Assembly: GCA_015233495.1 (NCBI GenBank)
Contig: JADFXQ010000010.1
Span: forward strand, 1 to 44,340
DNA from: Candidatus Omnitrophota bacterium
Lineage (GTDB): Bacteria; Omnitrophota; Gorgyraeia; Zapsychrales; Zapsychraceae
Reading direction: 5' to 3'
DNA length: 44,340 bases
Part shown: positions 38,025 to 44,340 of the stretch, piece after piece
Layout of the letters: each line of letters begins with the position of its first letter
Numbering within the stretch: the stretch's first letter is position 1
The notes under the pieces: model-generated
Told to the model about the DNA's origin: nothing
What the model saw: the letters and a program-made list of their open reading frames with translations, nothing else
Databases searched by the model: none
Position numbers and translations under genes: made by a program

Positions 38025-38048
38025 ACCCCGGCTGGAATAAAGAAAACT

Positions 38049-38678
38049 ATGGGAAAAAATATCCTAATTTTTGATTTTGACGGCACCATCGCCGATTCTT
38101 TCCATCACATCCTACGCATCAGCGATGTCTTGGCCGAAGAATTTCGTTTTCTGAAGGTTAAACCGGAAGAAGTGGAACAGATGAAGGACATGAACCTCTG
38201 GCAGGTCATCGAGCACCTGCGCGTTCCAATCTTCAAAGTTCCCATTATCTTGTCCCGCGCCAAAATTCTGGTGGCTCACGGCATCCTGTCGATCGATACT
38301 GTAGATGGGCTAAAAGAGGTTTTAGTCAAAATTAAAGACGCCGGAATCCCTATGGGCATTCTCACCTCCAATTCACCCAAAAACGTCCATCGTTTTTTAG
38401 AGAATCATAAACTTAATCTTTTTGACTTTGTCAATGAGGCTTTTCAATTGTGGGGAAAAAACCACTGCATCAAACGCCTGATGGAAGAAAAAAAGTTCAA
38501 CCCGGCTGACGTGATTTATATCGGAGATGAAATTCGCGATATCGAAGCCGCGCAAAAAATCCGCATCCGCTCGGCGGCAGTCACTTGGGGCTACAATTCC
38601 GGCCGCGCCTTAGCCGCGTTAAAACCGAATTATCTGATCAACACTCCGGAAGATTTACTCCAACTTACCCGGGATTAA
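38049..38678 (+). CDS. HAD-family hydrolase (phosphoglycolate phosphatase-like)
   Basis: FDFDGTIADS; YIGDEIRDI; VTWGYN. Confidence 0.9.
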   Translation: MGKNILIFDFDGTIADSFHHILRISDVLAEEFRFLKVKPEEVEQMKDMNLWQVIEHLRVPIFKVPIILSRAKILVAHGILSIDTVDGLKEVLVKIKDAGIPMGILTSNSPKNVHRFLENHKLNLFDFVNEAFQLWGKNHCIKRLMEEKKFNPADVIYIGDEIRDIEAAQKIRIRSAAVTWGYNSGRALAALKPNYLINTPEDLLQLTRD

Positions 38679-38683
38679 AAAAC

Positions 38684-39385
38684 ATGAAACCGCTCATCCT
38701 TCCCGATTTCCGCACCTTGGCTGATCCAGAGAAAGCCAAAATCCTCCAGGGCTTTTTTAAAACCGGCCCCGGCGAATACGGCGAAGGCGACATTTTTTTA
38801 GGGATTACCGTCCCTAAAATCCGGGCCTTCGCGAAAACCCAAAAACCGCTTTCGCTCGAAGCCATCGCCTCTATGCTCTATAGCGTCTATCACGAAGAAC
38901 GTCTTTTGGCGCTCATCTTGCTCGTGAATCGTTTCAAAAAATCGGACGAAACCGGCCGACAAATCATTTTTGATCTGTATGTGCGGCATACTCCGCGCAT
39001 AAACAACTGGGATTTGGTTGATCTCAGCGCGCCATATATTGTCGGGCCGTTTCTGTTCAATCGTCCCCGGAAGGCGCTCTATGCCCTCGCCGATTCCGCC
39101 GACCTCTGGGAACGCCGCGTAGCTATAGTCGCGACCTTCGCGTTTATCCGGAACAATGATTTTACCGATACGCTTAAAATTGCCGCAAAACTGCTCAACG
39201 ACAAGGCAGATCTCATTCATAAAGCGGTGGGCTGGATGCTGCGGGAGGTTGGAAAGCGGGACCAAAAAATCCTGGAAGATTTCTTAAAAACCCGTTACCT
39301 AAAAATGCCGCGCACCATGCTGCGCTACGCAATCGAGCGGTTTGAGGAAAAACACCGCCAAGCTTACCTGCAAAACAAGATTTAA
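38684..39385 (+). CDS. DNA alkylation repair protein (AlkD-like)
   Basis: FFKTGPGEYGEGD, NNWDLVD, HKAVGWMLREVGK, MPRTMLRYAIE. Confidence 0.92.
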   Translation: MKPLILPDFRTLADPEKAKILQGFFKTGPGEYGEGDIFLGITVPKIRAFAKTQKPLSLEAIASMLYSVYHEERLLALILLVNRFKKSDETGRQIIFDLYVRHTPRINNWDLVDLSAPYIVGPFLFNRPRKALYALADSADLWERRVAIVATFAFIRNNDFTDTLKIAAKLLNDKADLIHKAVGWMLREVGKRDQKILEDFLKTRYLKMPRTMLRYAIERFEEKHRQAYLQNKI

Positions 39386-39407
39386 TCTCCACCACTTACG
39401 GATCTAC

Positions 39408-39638
39408 TTAACCCTGAATTTTCACCACGATCTTCGGGTCGAACTTTTCCCGCAAGGTGTTTTGAATCGCGGACAACGTGCCCATGGCCGCGTGCGGACA
39501 ACACCCGCAGGCGCCCTGATAATTGATCGTCAGGGTTTTATCCGCGTAGGACACAATTTTTAAGTCCCCGCCGTCGCGGTTTAACATCGGGCGAATTTCC
39601 TGATCTATGATTGTTTTAATTTTATCTAAGTCTGCCAT
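39408..39638 (-). CDS. NifU-like domain protein
   Basis: IRPML.RDGGD...YQGACGCCP; GGAGG RBS. Confidence 0.9.
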   Translation of the reverse strand: MADLDKIKTIIDQEIRPMLNRDGGDLKIVSYADKTLTINYQGACGCCPHAAMGTLSAIQNTLREKFDPKIVVKIQG

Positions 39639-39717
39639 AATATCCTCCATTTTTTAAACTACCCTGAAACAATTTTTTAGACTTATCTGCCTTGGGCGGC
39701 AAACCTCCTGCCATATT

Positions 39718-39897
39718 TTATCCGTACAACTTATCCCCTACTGCCCAGTTTTGGCCTTCCAATTCGTCAAAAACAATCTGCGTGACTTCTTTGGGTTTGT
39801 TCGCGACTTTCAGCATAGTTTCGGAAAATTCACTGGCGATTTTTTGTTTTTGTTCTCGTGACAACTTCCCAATGAGCCGAACATTAATATAAGGCAT
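39718..39897 (-). CDS. 4-oxalocrotonate tautomerase family protein (59 aa, not in ORF track)
   Basis: MPYINVRLIGKLSREQKQKIA...NWAVG; Pro-1; AGGAG RBS. Confidence 0.88.
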   Translation of the reverse strand: MPYINVRLIGKLSREQKQKIASEFSETMLKVANKPKEVTQIVFDELEGQNWAVGDKLYG

Positions 39898-39914
39898 GGA
39901 TCTCTCTCCTTTGT

Positions 39915-41027
39915 TTAACCGATCAAACCCGCGACCTTTTTCGCGATAGCCAAACAGGCCGTTAATCCCGGCGATTCGATGCCGATCAAATTGACAAATC
40001 CCGAAAAACCGTTGTCCGTTTCTTCCTGGATCAAAAAATCTTTCACCGCTTCTCCCGGACCTTGCAATTTGGGCCGCATCCCGGCGGAGTCCGGCGTAAG
40101 ATCGTCAAATTCAATAAACGGCAAAAAAGATTTTACGCTTTCGTAAAAATCTTTTTGCTTGGCTGGATCAACCGTATAATGAATTTCCTCCACATATTCC
40201 GTATCCGGTCCCAGCCGCATTTGCCCGGCAAAATCCAAAGTAGCGTGCGTGCCTAAGCCCACATGATTTTGGGTCGGCACCGGATAAATCAAATGACTCA
40301 CCAGCTTCGCTTTCGCGGCGCTCACCCGGAAATAATCGCCTTTGCAAAATTTTAACTGATATTCCGGCTTCTGGATTCCGACCATAGCCGCGATCTTGTC
40401 CGAACTCAATCCTGCCGCGTTGATCACGATCCGTGAAAAAACCTTGTTCAAAGAGCTTGTCCCGTCATCCAAGGTGAGTTCATACCCTCCGTGAACCGGA
40501 TCAATCTTGGTCACCGTTGTCCCATATATAATCATACCACCGCCGTCTTCACAGTGGTAGGCCAAACTTTTCATGAGCTGATGCGAATCAATGATGCCGG
40601 TGCTCGGCGAAAAAATCGCGGCTTGCGCCGCGACCTGCGGTTCGACTTCCTGAATTTCATTTTGCGAAACCGGCCGCAGATCTGCGACCCCATTGGCCTG
40701 ACCGCGCTTTAAAATACTTTCCAACTCTCCGGTTTCTACGGCGTTGGTGGCCACAATATATTTCCCTATCCGTTTATGATCAACGCGAAACTTTTCGCAA
40801 TATTCATAAAGCCTATGCCGGCCTTCCACGCAAAGCTTGGCTTTGAGCGTTCCTGCCGGATAATAAATCCCGGCGTGAATGACTTCACTGTTGCGCGAAC
40901 TCGTCTCCTGGCCAAACGACAAATGCCGCTCAATGACCAAAACATCCGGACGTGTTTGCGCCAGTTCTGCGGCAATAGCGAGACCGACCACCCCCGCGCC
41001 GATTATAGTAATATTCACGTTTTCCAT
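39915..41027 (-). CDS. FAD-dependent oxidoreductase (LhgO-like)
   Basis: IGAGVVG, TSSRNSEVIHAGIYY, GIESPGLT. Confidence 0.88.
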   Translation of the reverse strand: MENVNITIIGAGVVGLAIAAELAQTRPDVLVIERHLSFGQETSSRNSEVIHAGIYYPAGTLKAKLCVEGRHRLYEYCEKFRVDHKRIGKYIVATNAVETGELESILKRGQANGVADLRPVSQNEIQEVEPQVAAQAAIFSPSTGIIDSHQLMKSLAYHCEDGGGMIIYGTTVTKIDPVHGGYELTLDDGTSSLNKVFSRIVINAAGLSSDKIAAMVGIQKPEYQLKFCKGDYFRVSAAKAKLVSHLIYPVPTQNHVGLGTHATLDFAGQMRLGPDTEYVEEIHYTVDPAKQKDFYESVKSFLPFIEFDDLTPDSAGMRPKLQGPGEAVKDFLIQEETDNGFSGFVNLIGIESPGLTACLAIAKKVAGLIG

Positions 41028-41029
41028 AT

Positions 41030-41647
41030 TTATTTTTCGAGAACAAACAATCCGACTTTGGCAAACAAATTGGGCATAACAAAAATGCGGTGGTTGGTCG
41101 AAATTCCGCGCGCCTCTATGATTTTAATTTTCTCCTGGCGGCAAAAAGCCCGGAAATCTTTCAGGCTTAAAAAACTTAAGTTCGGCGTGTCATACCACTG
41201 AAACGGCAATTCTTTCGTTACCGGCACCCGGCCGCGAAAAAATAGCTGCAACCGGGCGCTGATATGGCAAAAATTTGGAATAACCACGACAATTTTTTTG
41301 CCAATGCGCAAGCTCTCCAAAATCACTTCCCGCGGGTTCATTACCTGCTGAATCGTTTCGCTTAAAATCACATAATCAAACCGTTTCGAAGAATAATCAG
41401 CGAGCCCGGTGTCGATATTGCCGTGCGACACTGCCAAACCTTTTGCCACGCATTGATAAATCGCTTTCTCATCAATCTCGATCCCCGTGCCAGTGCATTG
41501 CTTGTATCGGATCAGCAAAGATAACAATGTTCCATCGCCACACCCCAGATCAAGGACTTTGGATTTCTCCGCGACTAAATCAACAATAGTGCGAAAAATC
41601 AAATTTACCTGCATCAGATCAGTGACTAAGGGAGTTTTTTCAGCCAC
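41030..41647 (-). CDS. metW: Methionine biosynthesis protein MetW
   Basis: [17 protein letters not shown]; overlaps the metX stop. Confidence 0.93.
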   Translation of the reverse strand: MAEKTPLVTDLMQVNLIFRTIVDLVAEKSKVLDLGCGDGTLLSLLIRYKQCTGTGIEIDEKAIYQCVAKGLAVSHGNIDTGLADYSSKRFDYVILSETIQQVMNPREVILESLRIGKKIVVVIPNFCHISARLQLFFRGRVPVTKELPFQWYDTPNLSFLSLKDFRAFCRQEKIKIIEARGISTNHRIFVMPNLFAKVGLFVLEK

Positions 41648-42779
41648 GGGCGGAGTCTCCTTGCATACGGTTTAAAAAGTGAGAAATGATTTGCGCTTGC
41701 CCTTCCACCTCCACTAAAAACGCGTCGTGACCATAATCCGACTGAATTTCAATAAACGAAACATCAACATCATTGGTTTTAAGCGCCTTGACGATTTCCT
41801 TGGTTTGATACGGCGGATAAAGCCAATCCGAGGTAAAGGCGATCACCAAAAAGCTCGACTGAACTGTCTCAAACACTTTAACCAGATCATCTTCCGCCGT
41901 CAGATCAAAATAATCCAAGGCCTTGGAAAGATATAGCCAGGAATTAGCGTCAAACCGCTGCACAAAACTGTCGCCGCGGTATTTCAAATAATTTTCGACC
42001 TCGAAGTCCAAAGAAAAATCATATCCCAGCCGCTCTTTGCTGATCAATTTACGGCCGAATTTCTCCTGCATGGATTTGTCGCTCATATATGTAATGTGAC
42101 CCATCATCCGCGCTAACGCCAGCCCCCGGGCTGGAATTGTTTTGCCATAATAATCCCCGCCATTCCAGTCGGGATCGGACATGATCGCTTGGCGCGCCAC
42201 AACATTGAACGCGATCTGCTGCGCCGAATGCCGCACGCCGGCCGCGATTACAATCGAAGATCGGACGCGTTCGGGATAAAGCACTGACCATTTCAAGGCC
42301 TGAAATCCGCCCATGGACCCGCCAGCCACGCATAACAATTGATCAATGCCCAAGTGATCAATGAGCTGGCGCTGTGCGACCACCATGTCCCTTATCGATA
42401 TTACCGGAAATGCCAGCCCATATGGCTTGCCGGTATTAGGATTAATCGACGCTGGTCCAGTGCTTCCCTTGCAGCTGCCGAGCACGTTAGAGCAGATTAT
42501 AAAATATTTATCGGTATCAAAGGCCTTGCCCGGCCCGACCATATTGTCCCACCAACCGGGTTTGGTTGACCCCGGATGGAATCCGGTCACATGGGCGTCT
42601 CCGGTTAAGGCATGTAAAATAAGAATGGCATTGGATTTAGCAGCGTTGAGTTTGCCCGTGGTTTCATAAGCGAGAGTGACAGGCCCGATTTTGACGCCGC
42701 TTTTTAAGACGAGCTCATTGGGCGGCTCGGCAAAAGTAAAATATTGGGTTTCGACGTAATCGACCGGATTTTGTTCCAT
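41640..42779 (-). CDS. metX: Homoserine O-acyltransferase
   Basis: HALTGD, GGSMGG, RFDANS, GHDAFL. Confidence 0.96.
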   Translation of the reverse strand: MEQNPVDYVETQYFTFAEPPNELVLKSGVKIGPVTLAYETTGKLNAAKSNAILILHALTGDAHVTGFHPGSTKPGWWDNMVGPGKAFDTDKYFIICSNVLGSCKGSTGPASINPNTGKPYGLAFPVISIRDMVVAQRQLIDHLGIDQLLCVAGGSMGGFQALKWSVLYPERVRSSIVIAAGVRHSAQQIAFNVVARQAIMSDPDWNGGDYYGKTIPARGLALARMMGHITYMSDKSMQEKFGRKLISKERLGYDFSLDFEVENYLKYRGDSFVQRFDANSWLYLSKALDYFDLTAEDDLVKVFETVQSSFLVIAFTSDWLYPPYQTKEIVKALKTNDVDVSFIEIQSDYGHDAFLVEVEGQAQIISHFLNRMQGDSARG

Positions 42780-42837
42780 TTAACAGCCAACATCTCCTCT
42801 CGGCAAACCATAAGAAAGGGAATTGTAAAACGGTGAT

Positions 42838-42866
42838 AATATACAACAAATGCGGGCGGCAATCAA
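42838..42866 (-). promoter_or_regulatory. Candidate metXW promoter
   Basis: TTGATT-17-TATATT on the minus strand. Confidence 0.5.
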
Positions 42867-42883
42867 TCATTAAAACAATCACC

Positions 42884-42967
42884 GCCTCCCCTTTTAAGAC
42901 AGGCGCAGAAGCTCTGGTAAATTTACCAAGAACCTGTCACCCGGGAGGCCAGAGCACTGCGGCAGGA
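42884..42967. ncRNA. Unassigned structured RNA-like element
   Basis: Nested helices plus an alternative or pseudoknot pairing; GC-rich island in an AT-rich spacer. Confidence 0.5.
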
Positions 42968-43012
42968 CAAGAAAATTCCTTCTAACGGCACGAAACAAGT
43001 TGCCGCAAACAT

Positions 43013-43639
43013 TTACGGGTTTTGAATGTCCTTGATGATTTCATTTCCCGAAACCGTAGACACTTTCGATAAAAACAGCTCCTTGTCTCGTAGGAATTCA
43101 TCCGCAACATGAACTTTGCAATCCGCATCCATCTTTAATCCCGTCAAAAAATTGGATTTGGATTTTAACCCTGAGTAGTGAAAATTCCCCGCGTAAACAA
43201 TCTTGCCGCCCACCACAGTAACTTTTTTCGGATCAAAAGAATAGGTTCTGACAATTGAGCCTGAGTTGACAATGACTTGCGGAGTGACTAAATAACGACC
43301 CGCCGGCCACTCGTCAGCGCGTAAATAGACTCTCTTATTATCGAGTATGGCGCCTTGGGCATCTAAAGTATTGTTCGGAGTCGCTCCCGCCTTTTTGTAT
43401 CTTGCGGCAAAATTATCGTTCGCTTCAATGACAGGTTCAATATTGATCCAAGGCCGCATAAGAATGCTCATCGCCTTTTCATCGGCAGCATCATATGAAA
43501 AAGACAAAAGCAAGATCCCGTTCCCGGAGGTCGGGGGAAGCGAATAGTCTTTCGCGACCATGCGCGGTCCAAAAGCGCAGCCGGATAACATGAACAACAT
43601 CCCGACAAAGAACGACGTTAAAAATTTCTTCTTCATCAA
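43013..43639 (-). CDS. Hypothetical lipoprotein
   Basis: Lipobox LSGC; AGGAGG RBS. Confidence 0.8.
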   Translation of the reverse strand: MMKKKFLTSFFVGMLFMLSGCAFGPRMVAKDYSLPPTSGNGILLLSFSYDAADEKAMSILMRPWINIEPVIEANDNFAARYKKAGATPNNTLDAQGAILDNKRVYLRADEWPAGRYLVTPQVIVNSGSIVRTYSFDPKKVTVVGGKIVYAGNFHYSGLKSKSNFLTGLKMDADCKVHVADEFLRDKELFLSKVSTVSGNEIIKDIQNP

Positions 43640-43703
43640 TACTCCCTCCTTATATGTTTAAGATAACATTATTTTCTTTAACGCTTTTTTGCCAAAATTT
43701 TTT

Positions 43704-44174
43704 CTACTGTTTAGGCGTTGTAAAAATAAAATATACATCGTGTTCCCGCGTGCTTCCTGCCCCAACCGAGAGAATATCCGAGCTTGCCCAATTCGCCGAC
43801 CCGCTAACCCGCACTGACCAATAATATGTATGATTGGGTTCCAATTTAATCTCAACACGATGCTCCGGGCCGGAAATATTTTCACGGTAATAGATCCGAT
43901 TATCCCGAAATATGCCGGAAGCCGTCACCAGTGTCTCCCAGATACCCACATCATAATGGGAACCCTTATTGACTTTGCGATCATTCCACCGCAGTATGGG
44001 CTGAAGTGATTCGGTATCCGCGGATACAGAACCAATTTTCGGCGTGACGGGTTCAATGTCAGTGTATTTGATGAATGTACAGCCAGAATAAAAAACCGCT
44101 GTAAACAAAAATAAAATCATTGTCCGCATCACGCGGGAAAAAGTAATCCTTTTTTGCATAGTATAGTCTACCAT
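43704..44174 (-). CDS. Hypothetical lipoprotein with FN3-like fold (start uncertain)
   Basis: Lipobox-like YSGC; P.LRW...LEPNHTYYWSVR. Confidence 0.7.
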   Translation of the reverse strand: MVDYTMQKRITFSRVMRTMILFLFTAVFYSGCTFIKYTDIEPVTPKIGSVSADTESLQPILRWNDRKVNKGSHYDVGIWETLVTASGIFRDNRIYYRENISGPEHRVEIKLEPNHTYYWSVRVSGSANWASSDILSVGAGSTREHDVYFIFTTPKQ

Positions 44175-44268
44175 TTACCATAAAAAATGGTCAACGCCTA
44201 TTTAACCTATCTCTGGGAATGATACCATAGATCCTTACCCCCTATTCCCTGGGGGGGCGAAAAAAATT

Positions 44269-44340
44269 TTAATCATCAAAGCCGATATCTTTGAGGAGCT
44301 CCGGGCTCGATATGAAGCATTTTGCCGGGGTCATATAGGT
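44269..44340 (-). CDS. Possible C-terminus of a gene running off the window
   Basis: Open frame ...TYMTPAKCFISSPELLKDIGFDD*. Confidence 0.35.
   Translation of the reverse strand, partial: TYMTPAKCFISSPELLKDIGFDD

Noticed and set aside
42780..43012. SAM-I riboswitch, tRNA-Sec, 6S or SRP RNA upstream of metX
   Set aside because: None of the diagnostic consensus elements could be found; kept as an unassigned structure instead
59..43885. Numerous antisense or alternate-frame ORFs in the track
   Set aside because: Shadows of well-supported genes, with no motifs or RBS

Overview
Bacterial chromosomal window. Gene style tentatively suggests a PVC-superphylum organism such as Ca. Omnitrophota (inference only). 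Housekeeping blocks are asd-leuB-fabF-acpP-fabG, folEB, ispG/ispH-murB and metXW. Accessory genes include an AsmA-like repeat protein, a 1314-aa secreted glycoside hydrolase with FN3/NBR1-Ig domains, an ATPase-SNF2-ATPase-SWIM cluster, an AmmeMemoRadiSam radical SAM locus, a decayed zeta-like ATPase pair and two exported HEAT-repeat paralogs. The best signal is an IS110-family (IS1111-type) element at 15234-16671 whose targeting logic can be read from the sequence. It has subterminal inverted repeats, a duplicated AG core and a promoter predicted to form only on circularisation. Its ~280-nt right-end non-coding region carries four guide segments matching both strands of its target (the GTAG end of a REP-like palindrome, four copies in this window) and of its own circle junction, i.e. 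a predicted bridge/seek RNA. The recombinase gene is broken but the RNA looks intact. Also notable: an unexplained structured element upstream of metX, a 19-nt mini-palindrome nested in a REP, and an ISNCY-like end at the left edge.
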